The notes under the pieces are model-generated. The model did not search any database. It saw nothing but the letters and a program-made list of their open reading frames with translations, and was not told the DNA's origin. A DNA stretch of 64,000 nt from an uncultured Bacillota bacterium (GTDB lineage: Bacteria > Bacillota_I > Bacilli_A > RFN20 > CAG-288): positions 12,636 through 76,635 of the forward strand of contig CASFYT010000007.1 in the NCBI GenBank assembly GCA_949299015.1, read 5' to 3'. The translations under genes were made by a program, and so were the position numbers. Positions 54,990 through 64,000 of this stretch are shown one piece after another. How positions within the stretch are numbered: position 1 is the stretch's first letter; every line of letters starts with the position of its first letter.

Positions 54990-55780
54990 AACCTCGCGAG
55001 GTCCTCCGCCTCTATCGAAAGGAAGCGATTCCCCTGGCGGACGTCCGCGTGGTCTTTCCCGTGCTCGGATGCGACTTCGACCGGGCGGAGATCGAGGAAA
55101 GGGAATTGGACGAGAAACGAGTCCAGGAGGTTCTCGACCGCCTGAAACGGGGATATCCCGCCGCCTATCTTGCGGGGGAGCTGAGGATTCTTGGCGTCGA
55201 TCTCCTCTTGACCGAGGACGTTCTGATCCCTCGGACGGAGACGGAAGACTTCCTGCGTGCCGAGATTCTTCCGCATAGGGAATGGAACGGAAAGAGGATC
55301 CTCGATTTGTGCACTGGGTCGGGGTTCATCGCCCTGGCGCTCCAGAAGAATTTTTCCGATTCCATCGTCTATGGAACAGATGTTTCCGATAAAGCCATCC
55401 GGATTGCTTGTCAAAACAATGCTCGAAATCATCTTAATGTGACGTTCATGAAATCAGACTATCTTGATGGAGTTGATCAAGTTTTTGATTTGATTGTCTG
55501 CAATCCTCCCTACATTCCCGAGGGCAAAGAGACGCAGGCGCCGTATGAACCGAAGCTCGCCCTGTTCTCCGGCGTGGACGGGATGGATTCCTATCGTCGG
55601 ATCTTTCCTCGTCTTCCCTCCTGCCTTGCCCAAGGAGGAGAGGCGGATTTTGAACTGGAAGCGACAAAGGGAAGGGATGTCTTCGCCCTTGCACAGGACT
55701 TCTTTCCGTCCTGGGAGAAGGAGCTTCTTCCGGACTTCGAAGGAAAGGTCCGTTATCTGCGGCTGCGACGACGGGATTGA
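54986..55780 (+). CDS. prmC: Release factor glutamine N5-methyltransferase
   Basis: NPPY motif (VCNPPYIP) and SAM-binding DLCTGSG. The GTG start overlaps the prfA stop. Confidence 0.9.
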   Translation: MKPREVLRLYRKEAIPLADVRVVFPVLGCDFDRAEIEERELDEKRVQEVLDRLKRGYPAAYLAGELRILGVDLLLTEDVLIPRTETEDFLRAEILPHREWNGKRILDLCTGSGFIALALQKNFSDSIVYGTDVSDKAIRIACQNNARNHLNVTFMKSDYLDGVDQVFDLIVCNPPYIPEGKETQAPYEPKLALFSGVDGMDSYRRIFPRLPSCLAQGGEADFELEATKGRDVFALAQDFFPSWEKELLPDFEGKVRYLRLRRRD

Positions 55781-55813
55781 CGGGAGACGCCTTCTTCGCA
55801 AGCGCGGCGAACC

Positions 55814-56692
55814 TCAATCGTCCATCTCCGCCCCCATCCACGTCCTTCCTTCGACGACCAGGGTCAGGAGGAAGGAGAGGAACAAGGCGATGAGGGAAAA
55901 GAGGGAGAGCAGGAAGACGGCGGGGAACTCCTTCCCGAAGAAGAGGAGCGCGATGGCGAAAAGGAAGGAATTGTAGTAGAAGACGTATTTGTAGGCGCGA
56001 GGAAATTGCCAGGACAGCAGGATCAGAATCAGGGGAAGGGCGACGGAAAGGGCGCTTGTCTTCTGCAGGAGCTCGGCCGACTCTCCTTGTCCCTGAAGGG
56101 AGAGCAGAAAGGAACCGAAGGAAAGGAGAAGATGGATCGACCCGGAGATCAGGCGCGTCCATCGAGAAAACTGCAGGGTGTTCTTCTGACGTCGAAGGAG
56201 CTTGTCGACGATTTCCTTGTTGTTGTCCCTGGCGCTGACGAACTCGAGAAAGCTGTCATGATTGGTGCCTTCGAGAAGCTTCTTTCGGGAACTCCGCCGT
56301 CTCGTCAGGAGGATCAGACAGAAACTGCTGAAGCTGAAGCAGATCAGGCAATAGACCATCTCGCTGATGGAGACGCCGACGATCTGAACGCCAAAGAGCG
56401 GAAAAGATCGTATTTCGTCATAGTAACTCGCCATCAGCAGGAGGATCTCCAGGAAAAAGAAGGGGGTCACCTTCTCGGGATGGTCCAAGGCCAAGGCGCC
56501 GGTCCCGAGCAGCGTTCCCAGGAGAAGGAGGCACGGCAGGACGGTCGGGAGGTTGTTGTTATCGTCATAGACATGGTACAGGGCGAGGGAGGGGAGGATG
56601 AGGAAGAGGACCATGGCCAGGAAGACGAGGATCCGGTTGAGGTTGTCGATTCTGAGGAGGACGGAGAAGAGGCGGCTCTTCTTTTTCTTCAT
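55814..56692 (-). CDS. Hypothetical polytopic membrane protein (292 aa)
   Basis: 7-8 hydrophobic segments. No family recognised. Confidence 0.55.
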   Translation of the reverse strand: MKKKKSRLFSVLLRIDNLNRILVFLAMVLFLILPSLALYHVYDDNNNLPTVLPCLLLLGTLLGTGALALDHPEKVTPFFFLEILLLMASYYDEIRSFPLFGVQIVGVSISEMVYCLICFSFSSFCLILLTRRRSSRKKLLEGTNHDSFLEFVSARDNNKEIVDKLLRRQKNTLQFSRWTRLISGSIHLLLSFGSFLLSLQGQGESAELLQKTSALSVALPLILILLSWQFPRAYKYVFYYNSFLFAIALLFFGKEFPAVFLLSLFSLIALFLSFLLTLVVEGRTWMGAEMDD

Positions 56693-56859
56693 GATTCTGA
56701 TTATACGACACGGAGAATCGTCCGATTGGCTTTTCCTCCTGGAAAGCCTGTGCCTTCCTTTCTTTCCTCCTTCCTCTTTCGTTTCCTCGTGTGGAGCTTT
56801 TGGAGACTTTTCTGATCAAATGGAATATAATTTCCTTGTATTTTCGTGAGGTTTACTTT

Positions 56860-58449
56860 ATGGATCACAAGAAGACTTTCTACGTGACGACTCCGATCTA
56901 CTATGCATCGGGAAACATTCACATCGGCCACACGTACTGCAACGTCTGCGCAGACACGATTGCCCGGTACAAGCGGATGATGGGATATGACGTCCGCTTC
57001 ATGACGGGATCGGACGAACATGGAGAGAAGATTCAGAAGAAGGCTCTCGATGCGGGCCTGTCTCCGAAGGAATACGTCGACAGGATCGCCGCCTCCTTCC
57101 AGGAGGTCTGGAAGGCGATGAACATTTCCTATGACTATTACGTTCGGACGACCGACGACAGCCACGTCGCCTGCGTTCAGAAGGTCTTCACGGAGCTCTT
57201 GAAAAAGGGCGATATCTATCTTGGAAAGTACGAAGGCTGGTACTGCACGCCGTGTGAGTCCTTCTTCACCGATTCTCAGGTGGGAGAGGAGCACCTTTGC
57301 CCGGATTGCCATCGACCGGTCCATTGGGAAAGCGAGGACAGCTACTTCCTGAACGTCAAGAAGTTCGTTCCGGACTTGATGGAATTCTACGACAAGCACC
57401 CTTCCTTCTGCCGCAAGGACAAGCTCAACGAGATGATCAACACGTTCATCAAGCCGGGGCTCGACGACCTTTGCATCACGAGGACTTCCTTCGACTGGGG
57501 CGTCCCAATCGCGGAGAATCCCAAGCACATCGTCTACGTCTGGATCGACGCCTTGCTGAATTACGTTTCCGCGCTCGGATACGAAACGGCCGACGAGTCT
57601 CTGATGCGAAAGTATTGGGGAGAAGAGACGGAGATCGTCCAATTGGCGGGAAGAGACATCAATCGCTTCCATACGATCTATTGGCCTATCCTCCTGATGG
57701 CGTTGGGGCTTCGCCAGCCGGATCGCATTCTTGTCCATGGCCTGCTGCTGACGAAGTCGGGAGTGAAGCTTTCGAAGTCGCTCGGCAATGCACCGTCGCC
57801 CTATCCGCTGATTGAACGCTATGGCGTGGATTCCCTGCGCTATTACATGGTTCGCGAGATGCAGTTCGGAGAAGACGGCGCTTTCACCCCGATGCAGTTC
57901 GTCGATCGTCTCAATGCGGATTTGGCGAACAATTACGGAAACCTCGTGAATCGAACCCTTTCGATGGTCAACCGTTATTTCGAAGGAAGAATCCCCTCCT
58001 ATCGAAAAGACGTTTCCGAACGAACGAGGGTCATGATGGAGCGGGCGAAGGAGCTTGTCGACGAATACGTTTCTCGAATGAACGAATTCGACATCACGGG
58101 CGGAACAGGCTCGGCCATGGAACTTCTGGGCCTCGGAAGCAAGTACTTCGATGACATGGCCCCCTGGAACCTTTCCAAGGAGGGAAAGACGGAGCTTCTG
58201 GAGGAAACGCTGTACTCGGCGTGCGAACTGATTCGGATCGGATCGATCCTTCTCTCTCCGGTGATGCCGGAAAAGACGAAGGAAGCCCTCGACCAGGAAA
58301 ACGTTCCGGAAGAGTTGAGGACGTTTGAATCGATTGCTGAGACCGGAAGGCTTGCCGGAATCTCCCTGCGACCTCTCGCGCCGCTGTTCCCCCGTCTGAA
58401 GAAAGAAGAAGAAATCCAATATCTGACGAAGCTGATTGACGGCGAATGA
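56860..58449 (+). CDS. metG: Methionine--tRNA ligase (short form, no C-terminal tRNA-binding domain)
   Basis: YYASGNIHIGH (HIGH), a zinc knuckle CTPCE..CPDCH, and KLSKS (KMSKS-type). The start is the ATG at 56860. Confidence 0.95.
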   Translation: MDHKKTFYVTTPIYYASGNIHIGHTYCNVCADTIARYKRMMGYDVRFMTGSDEHGEKIQKKALDAGLSPKEYVDRIAASFQEVWKAMNISYDYYVRTTDDSHVACVQKVFTELLKKGDIYLGKYEGWYCTPCESFFTDSQVGEEHLCPDCHRPVHWESEDSYFLNVKKFVPDLMEFYDKHPSFCRKDKLNEMINTFIKPGLDDLCITRTSFDWGVPIAENPKHIVYVWIDALLNYVSALGYETADESLMRKYWGEETEIVQLAGRDINRFHTIYWPILLMALGLRQPDRILVHGLLLTKSGVKLSKSLGNAPSPYPLIERYGVDSLRYYMVREMQFGEDGAFTPMQFVDRLNADLANNYGNLVNRTLSMVNRYFEGRIPSYRKDVSERTRVMMERAKELVDEYVSRMNEFDITGGTGSAMELLGLGSKYFDDMAPWNLSKEGKTELLEETLYSACELIRIGSILLSPVMPEKTKEALDQENVPEELRTFESIAETGRLAGISLRPLAPLFPRLKKEEEIQYLTKLIDGE

Positions 58450-58455
58450 TTATAG

Positions 58456-58481
58456 GCCCTGCCTACCGGCAGGGCTTTTTT
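58456..58481 (+). terminator. Rho-independent terminator after metG
   Basis: GCCCTGCC-TACC-GGCAGGGC followed by TTTTTT. Confidence 0.75.
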
Positions 58482-58589
58482 GTCGGTCACCAATCGTGGA
58501 CTCGATGTTTCTTCTTCCTTTTCTTATTTCCAGAAAGGGGTTGAACAAAAAACAAATCAATATAATAACAGCCAAATTGCTTTCTATTG

Positions 58590-58620
58590 CAAAGAAAAGA
58601 AAAGAGGCCTTTTGGCCTCT
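58590..58620 (-). terminator. Rho-independent terminator after the MBL hydrolase gene
   Basis: On the minus strand: AGAGGCC-AAAA-GGCCTCT followed by TTTCTTTTCTTT. Confidence 0.65.
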
Positions 58621-59268
58621 TCAGTCGATTCCTTGAAGGAAAGGATTATGTTCCTTTTCCTTCAGGAGCGTCGTCATGCAGCCGTGTCCTGGATAGACGA
58701 CGAGCGTCGGTTTGAGAGCGAGAATCTTCTTGAGGGATTCGTCGATCCTGTCCGGTTCGGAGGTGACCATGTCATGGCGTCCGATGGAACCTTGGAAGAG
58801 GGTGTCGCCGGTGAAGAGGGCATTGTCGTCCTCGAAGAGATAGCAGACGCTTCCTCGTGTATGGAAGGGAGTATGGATCACCTGAACCTGAAAATTCCGA
58901 AGCGGTAGGATTTCTCCGTCTTGGACGTCGGTGGTCTCGAAGTTGACGCGAAGGCTTTCGCCGACCATGGCCGAACTGTTGGCCTCGGGGTCGCCGAGGA
59001 GGTCTTTGTCCAAGGGATGGAGAAACACCGGCAGTTCCTGGTCACGGAACTTCTTCTTAAGGAACTCGACGGCGCGGATATGGTCGAAATGTCCGTGCGT
59101 CAGAAGAATTCCGGAGACCTTCTCGTAGTGCTTCTGAATGTAGTGGACGAGATTGTCGTCTTCGGTTCCTGGATCGATGACAAGGCAGGATCCACCAATC
59201 TTGCCGATGACGTAGGTGTTGCTGGCAAAGGGACCCTTTCCTTCCTTGTGCAGAAATGCTTTGACCAT
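58621..59268 (-). CDS. MBL-fold metallo-hydrolase (glyoxalase II-like)
   Basis: THGHFDH motif. 215 aa. A later ..HTPFHTRGS.. and a C-terminal PGHG. Confidence 0.85.
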   Translation of the reverse strand: MVKAFLHKEGKGPFASNTYVIGKIGGSCLVIDPGTEDDNLVHYIQKHYEKVSGILLTHGHFDHIRAVEFLKKKFRDQELPVFLHPLDKDLLGDPEANSSAMVGESLRVNFETTDVQDGEILPLRNFQVQVIHTPFHTRGSVCYLFEDDNALFTGDTLFQGSIGRHDMVTSEPDRIDESLKKILALKPTLVVYPGHGCMTTLLKEKEHNPFLQGID

Positions 59269-59380
59269 GTGTCTCTCCTCGGAGATATTCTACCCCAAAA
59301 GGAGAGGCGAGAAAAGGCAAGCGAGTCTTTCTTGTTGTTTCGGTTTCGTTTATAATCGTGTCGTCTTTGAGGTGAACCAT

Positions 59381-59635
59381 ATGAAAAAAGAAGAATACGT
59401 CGTGGATACCGGAAGCGGGTCGATTCAGGCCGGCTTCCTTCTGGTCTTGATTTTCCTAGGATGGTTCGGTATCGACAAGATCTTTTATGCCCGTTCGTTT
59501 CGGCAGTCGTGGAAGTTCTTCTTTGTGAAGTTTGCCTATCTTCTGATCGGCCTGGGAATCTTCTGGAACATCTTCGATATCGTCCAGTATTGCCGCCATC
59601 GCTATCAGTTCGACTTCCGAGATTACTTCAAGTGA
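59381..59635 (+). CDS. Small two-TM membrane protein (TM2-domain-like)
   Basis: 84 aa with two hydrophobic helices (AGFLLVLIFLGWFGIDKIF, LLIGLGIFWNIF). TATAAT at 59351-56 and a GAGGTGA RBS. Confidence 0.55.
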   Translation: MKKEEYVVDTGSGSIQAGFLLVLIFLGWFGIDKIFYARSFRQSWKFFFVKFAYLLIGLGIFWNIFDIVQYCRHRYQFDFRDYFK

Positions 59636-59690
59636 GCGTTCTTCCCGGCTTTTGGGAACGAAAATGCTAGACTATCCATGGAGGTAAGAA

Positions 59691-60065
59691 ATGATGAACG
59701 TACAATTCTATAAGAATACGAAGACCGGAGAGGTGACCTATTCCATCCTTGGTGCGGAACATGTGTTGGCGGCCGACGAAATCGAGCTGAAGGCAAATTC
59801 CACGGACGCGGCGACAGAGAAGCACGTCCCCGTTGTCACGATCGAGGGGCGGAAGGTCCACGTCGAAGTGGGATCGACCCTGCACCCGATGACGGAGGAG
59901 CACCATATCTCGTTCATCTGCCTGGTCAGCGACCAGAAGGTGGAACTGAAGAAGCTTGAAGCCACGTCGGCTCCCGTTGCCGACTTCCTTCTGGCCGAAG
60001 GGGAAGAGGTTCGGGAAGTCTACGAATACTGCAATCTCCACGGCCTTTGGGTCAAGAAAGACTGA
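59691..60065 (+). CDS. Superoxide reductase, class III-like (N-terminal domain without the FeCys4 site)
   Basis: SOR centre II ligand motifs are present: EKHVPV, HPMTEEHHI and CNLHGLW. The N-terminal ~35 aa contain no cysteines. Confidence 0.85.
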   Translation: MMNVQFYKNTKTGEVTYSILGAEHVLAADEIELKANSTDAATEKHVPVVTIEGRKVHVEVGSTLHPMTEEHHISFICLVSDQKVELKKLEATSAPVADFLLAEGEEVREVYEYCNLHGLWVKKD

Positions 60066-60071
60066 AGGGAG

Positions 60072-60100
60072 GGGCAGGCCGGGTGCCTGCCCTTTTACTT
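60072..60100 (+). terminator. Rho-independent terminator after the SOR gene
   Basis: GGGCAGG-CCGGGTG-CCTGCCC followed by TTTTACTT. Overlaps the stop of the convergent 958-aa gene. Confidence 0.6.
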
Positions 60101-62971
60101 CTTCGGAAAGGAAGGGACGGCCTGGCTGTCGAGAAGTTCTTGGACCATGTCGATGTCGACGACGTTGCGATGGTCCGCAAAGAAGAAATGCTCGCGCAAG
60201 TCGATCGAGGCTTCTTCGGCAAGGTCGGGAGGAAGGAGAAGGTCGAAGAAGCAGACGCTTTTTTCTCCCGTTCGCTCGTCGCGGACGAAATAAGGGAAAG
60301 TCTCCTCCTGAGTGAGCAAGGACAACCCTTTTTTGGCGAGGATACGGCGGAAGACGGATTCGACCTCTTTGTCCATCCGCCGATCGAAGAACGAAAGGTA
60401 GAGGGAAGGACGGTCGATGGTTGTCTGTTCGTATCCGGACGTTCTCGTGTCGACCTCATCCATCTGTTCCAAGAAGACCACCTTCTTGGCGGAGCTGATG
60501 GCAAGAAGGAGAGCCATGTCGCTCATCTCGACGCTGTTCGAAAGGATGAGGACGTCGCACATGCTCTCGGAGAGCATCTTGAGGTCGTCCGCCGTTCCCT
60601 GCAGAATGGGCCGGAGCGAAGGGAGGGTGAAATCGATGTCTGCCTTCTCGATGTTTTTTTTCTGTTGGGAGAGAACCTTGATGCGCTGATAGGTGTCTTG
60701 GAAGCGCGGAGAGGAACATCGATGTCGAACGCATTCTTTCAGCTCAGATGAAAGAATGCAGATATTGATATCATGGATATGATGAATCTCGTGATTGTAG
60801 GAAGAACGTTTTTCTTCCCATTCTCTTTCCATTTTCTTGAAATGTCTTTTCTCTTCAAGATAGATGCTTTCGAGGACAGAGAGTAGGAAGTCGGTTCCGA
60901 GGTTCTCCAGCGTTTTTCCAGAGAGAATGCGTTTTCGTATCGCCAGCTGAAGCGTCAGGGAGATATTCTTGCTTTCCATGAGGAAGAGCGCGTATTGAGA
61001 GAAAAGAAGATAAGATCCCGTCCCTTTCCTCTGGAAAAAGAGAACCATGTCGCTGATGGACATATGAAGGAAGTCCTTGCGGTCTTCGAGAAAATATCCA
61101 ATGTAACGATTGATCTTCCTTTTCAGTTCCTGATAAACCTTGTCATAGCGGTGATACTCTTCGAGTCGTTCTTGGGCGAAACGCCGATCGCGCAATCCTC
61201 TTTTGACAAGGGCGTTCTCCATCGTAAAGCTTTTCTTTCGGCTCTGGAACGACCGGAACTTCTGTATATAGGAACGATTGCTCAGGATTTCGACGACCCC
61301 GTTCATGGTTCGGACGCTGTCTCCGTAGACGGCAGCCCCTTCCTCGACGATTCTCTGATATTCCTTTTCTCTCTCGAGCGACGTCTCCAGCAGTTGGACG
61401 ACGACTTCGATGTCGTTTCTCTTTGTTCTCGAAGAGAGAAGAGAGCGGAGTTCTTTCCTCCCTTGATGGCGAATGAACAGCGAAGGAGAACGGAGTTCCT
61501 CAAGGAGCTGTTCTTTTTCTTCTTGGCTGAGAGGATGTCGGAAGAGGGAGTCGAGAAGGAGGCGCGTCGAGGATCGTTCCTGATAGACGGTCTTGAGACG
61601 AAGCAAATTGGATTCGTCGATGTCGATGTTGAAGTATTTCTTTGGAAATCCTGTGTACTGCGCAAGAAGGTTCACGCATTCGCCGTAGTCCTCGAATTGG
61701 GCAAAGCTCTCAATCTTCCGGCCTTCCATATCGAGAAGGGAAGATTCGCTCAAGGTCTTTTGAAAGGAGACGAGATCCTCCTGTATCTCGTGGACGAGCT
61801 TTTGAATCTCCATGTAGTTCTCTTCGGACCCCGAGCAGGAGAGCCCCTGATAGAGAAAATCATTGAGGGAGATCTTCTTGATCTCACTGAGACGGTCGAT
61901 GGTGTCAAGGAACTTCAGGTCCTTATGGAAATCTTCCAGTTCATAGTCGCCGACGCTCAGCAAGGTGACCTCGCCATTGTTCGCAAGGAGCTCGCGAATC
62001 CGGGATTCGGAGAGCAGGGAAAGAAACGTGGTCGACTTCTGGAAGTTTTGCTTTCGGAGTCGGTAGAGACGACGATACTCTTCACGCGCTGTGACGAGGC
62101 GTTGCGCCTCTTCCGGAACGGAAGGCCCCCAATCGGAATTTTTCTGGTAAACGGTGGGGACTTGGCGCGGAGACTGCCAATCGTGAAGGTTGTACGTCCC
62201 TCCCTTCAGGTGGTATTTCTTGAGAAACGGATCTAGTTCCGGGTTTTCGTTCTCCGAAAGGAAAAGAACGCTTTCGTTGCGATGGAGCAGGGAAGGCAAG
62301 AGCGAATGGAGGAAGGGAAGGATATCGTCTGAATGACGATAGAGGACCTTAATGGCCGTGAGGTTTTCAAGCTTGTCTTGGATGTCTTTGTATCGATGCG
62401 AAAGAAAGGCCTTAGGAAGGGAAGAGGGATTCTCGGAAGGACGGCTATTGGAAAACAGACCGTAATATCGTTTCGGCCGCTGTGCCGGGGTGAAGAGAGA
62501 ACCGAGGATCGAATGGGATTTGATTGCGTGGATGGCATCCATGGGATGCCAATTCAAAAGGGACTTTAATTGAAAACTCCTTTTCTTATCCTGAAATTGT
62601 AGCCTTGATTCTAATATGAATGAAAGCGATGAAAGATCAGCAATCCAATCCATAGAATCAGAAACGTCAATTCCATTGCTTTTGAGGACTTCAATCGCGA
62701 TGGGGTTGATGAAATCGAGTTCGCCTTTGCGAAGGAATCCCTGGTCGGAGCATTCATAGGAATGAAGAGTCAAGGGATAATAGATATTGTCCCTGGCATC
62801 GAACAAGGCAAAAACGCTCAGATACGGCCCCTGGCGGTCCGAGAGCTCGATTTCTTTGCCCTGGAGAAAGAGTGAGGCTTTCTCTGGTGGAAGAGGAAGA
62901 CCGCCCGATTGGCTTGAAAGCAGCTTTTTCTCCTCATACCGAAGGTCAAGAAGATCTAGTGCATTGTTCAT
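60095..62971 (-). CDS. Large cytoplasmic protein resembling an inactivated DUF4011/Upf1-like SF1 helicase
   Basis: 958 aa. The segment VLYRHSDDILPFLHSLLPSLLHRNESVLFLSENENPELDPF aligns by eye to helicase motif I regions (GPPGTGKS...GK.VLFVSEK.AAL) but has no P-loop. CDVLILSNSVEMSDMALLLAISSAKKVVFLEQMDE aligns to motifs II-III (FD.VI.DEASQ......A....K.VV.GD.KQ) with the acidic and Gln residues lost. GC is lower in its 5' two thirds. Confidence 0.6.
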   Translation of the reverse strand: MNNALDLLDLRYEEKKLLSSQSGGLPLPPEKASLFLQGKEIELSDRQGPYLSVFALFDARDNIYYPLTLHSYECSDQGFLRKGELDFINPIAIEVLKSNGIDVSDSMDWIADLSSLSFILESRLQFQDKKRSFQLKSLLNWHPMDAIHAIKSHSILGSLFTPAQRPKRYYGLFSNSRPSENPSSLPKAFLSHRYKDIQDKLENLTAIKVLYRHSDDILPFLHSLLPSLLHRNESVLFLSENENPELDPFLKKYHLKGGTYNLHDWQSPRQVPTVYQKNSDWGPSVPEEAQRLVTAREEYRRLYRLRKQNFQKSTTFLSLLSESRIRELLANNGEVTLLSVGDYELEDFHKDLKFLDTIDRLSEIKKISLNDFLYQGLSCSGSEENYMEIQKLVHEIQEDLVSFQKTLSESSLLDMEGRKIESFAQFEDYGECVNLLAQYTGFPKKYFNIDIDESNLLRLKTVYQERSSTRLLLDSLFRHPLSQEEKEQLLEELRSPSLFIRHQGRKELRSLLSSRTKRNDIEVVVQLLETSLEREKEYQRIVEEGAAVYGDSVRTMNGVVEILSNRSYIQKFRSFQSRKKSFTMENALVKRGLRDRRFAQERLEEYHRYDKVYQELKRKINRYIGYFLEDRKDFLHMSISDMVLFFQRKGTGSYLLFSQYALFLMESKNISLTLQLAIRKRILSGKTLENLGTDFLLSVLESIYLEEKRHFKKMEREWEEKRSSYNHEIHHIHDINICILSSELKECVRHRCSSPRFQDTYQRIKVLSQQKKNIEKADIDFTLPSLRPILQGTADDLKMLSESMCDVLILSNSVEMSDMALLLAISSAKKVVFLEQMDEVDTRTSGYEQTTIDRPSLYLSFFDRRMDKEVESVFRRILAKKGLSLLTQEETFPYFVRDERTGEKSVCFFDLLLPPDLAEEASIDLREHFFFADHRNVVDIDMVQELLDSQAVPSFPKK

Positions 62972-63011
62972 AGAAACATTATTGCCTTTCGGCCCAAAAG
63001 AGGCAAGAAGA

Positions 63012-63042
63012 AGAAAAAAACCTCCCGGAGCAGTCCGGGAGG
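63012..63042 (-). terminator. Rho-independent terminator after the GntR-family gene
   Basis: On the minus strand: CCTCCCGGA-CTGC-TCCGGGAGG followed by TTTTTTT. Confidence 0.7.
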
Positions 63043-63061
63043 CGAAGAACTGTGTCTCGAT

Positions 63062-63706
63062 TTAGTTTTCCTGGTTGAGGACGCCGTAGGTAAGGAACGA
63101 GAGGACGCGATCGAAGGTCAGGTTGTCCTTACCGACGAAGATGAGCCGGTCGCCCGAATGGAGAGCGAAATCCGGACCAACCGACTGACGGCAGATGTTG
63201 TCGGCGCCGATGACGGCGACGATCGTCGCCTCCGTGTAGTTCCAGAAATAGACTTCGCCGATGGTCTTGCCATTGATCCAAGATCCCTGAGGAACTTCCG
63301 CTTCCGAGAACTTGACGGCTTCCGTGGTCTGATAGGTGAAGGAATCCTTCATGTCGTCGATTGCCGTGATGATCTGGGCCTGAAGCTCCTTTTGCTGCTT
63401 CAGAAGCTGTTCAAGGGTCGCGTACTTATCCTTGATCTGGGTTTCGGCCTTCCACTTATTGGCGAATTCCTGCGCGTGAAGGACGGAATCGACGAAGACG
63501 CCGACACCTCTCTTGGAAGAGACGACCTTGTCCTTTTCCAAGATGTTGAGAGCCTTACGAACGGTTTCGGGCGAAACGCCATAGGCGGCGCCGAGAATCG
63601 AACGGCCCTTCAGGAGCGTTCCTTCCGGATATTCGCCAGTCAAAATCTTTCCGCAGACGTCTTGAGCGATTTTGATGTAACGGGGAGTCGATCTTTCTTT
63701 TGCCAT
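63062..63706 (-). CDS. GntR-family transcriptional regulator with C-terminal TrkA_C (RCK_C) domain
   Basis: The N-terminal wHTH (..LKGRSILGAAYGVSPETVRKALNILEKDKVVSSKRGVGVFV) is followed by a coiled linker and a C-terminal RCK_C-like segment (..GKTIGEV......ATIVAV......P..D..L..GDRLIFVG). Confidence 0.8.
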   Translation of the reverse strand: MAKERSTPRYIKIAQDVCGKILTGEYPEGTLLKGRSILGAAYGVSPETVRKALNILEKDKVVSSKRGVGVFVDSVLHAQEFANKWKAETQIKDKYATLEQLLKQQKELQAQIITAIDDMKDSFTYQTTEAVKFSEAEVPQGSWINGKTIGEVYFWNYTEATIVAVIGADNICRQSVGPDFALHSGDRLIFVGKDNLTFDRVLSFLTYGVLNQEN

Positions 63707-64000
63707 AAGTCATTTTCCTCCGATTGAAATGCGAATATATTATAGGAAAACAAAAACAAAAAAACAACTATTGATGGAAAAAACAAGGGTTAGCGATTCT
63801 AGAAAAAAAGTAAGTTGCTTATTGAAATCATCCCTTGCTGTCGAGGTTGTTTCTTTTTGTTTATTGGTCTTCTTTGCCTTTTTGACAGGATGAGAAGAGG
63901 AGTTTCAAAGTGAAGATCGCACGGACTTCCTCGGAGGGAAAAAGACGGGAAAAATGGAGTTTTCAACCAGAACGCCTGAGGAAATCGACAATATTATCAA

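Noticed and set aside
63954-64000. Possible start of a plus-strand gene (MEFSTRTPEEIDNII..) at the window edge.
   Set aside because: Only 15 codons are visible, and the RBS spacing is poor (GGAGGG lies 15 nt upstream). It cannot be supported from this fragment.

Overview
This 64 kb window looks like a chromosomal segment from a strictly anaerobic, Firmicutes-like bacterium. Hand-counted 60-nt samples give about 55-60% GC. A short 4.5S-type SRP RNA and a greatly expanded PstA hint at an Erysipelotrichia/Mollicutes-related lineage, but that is tentative. Most of the window is housekeeping: FprA-type flavodiiron protein, xerC-like, topA, dprA, rnhB, rbgA, a CarD-like gene, mfd, pth, rdgB, prfB (with its +1 frameshift), secA, degV, a GH13 glucosidase, a complete pstSCAB-phoU-phoPR locus, rsuA-type, galU, trpS, SRP RNA, tadA, nrdDG, prfA-prmC, metG, an MBL hydrolase and a superoxide reductase.

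The items worth a second look are:
1. A low-GC two-gene operon (12.56-17.83 kb) with its own promoter. It encodes a large secreted protein and a MacB/FtsX-architecture permease whose fused ABC domain has lost its catalytic motifs.
2. A roughly 650-nt ORF-free region downstream of a Crh-like HPr gene (46.53-47.18 kb) with significant long-range complementarity, a candidate large ncRNA.
3. A 173-nt block, identical except for one mismatch, shared in inverted orientation by prfB and prfA. This is an apparent paralog gene-conversion tract.
4. A Na,K-ATPase-like P-type ATPase translationally coupled to two TrkA/RCK genes.
5. A 958-aa protein that looks like an inactivated DUF4011/Upf1-type helicase.
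6. An ADP-ribose processing gene trio.
7. An in-frame XerC-HAD read-through.

No CRISPR array, tRNA, rRNA, transposase or prophage genes were seen. All functional calls come from motif recognition by eye. No database searches were run, and the GC figures are hand counts on small samples.
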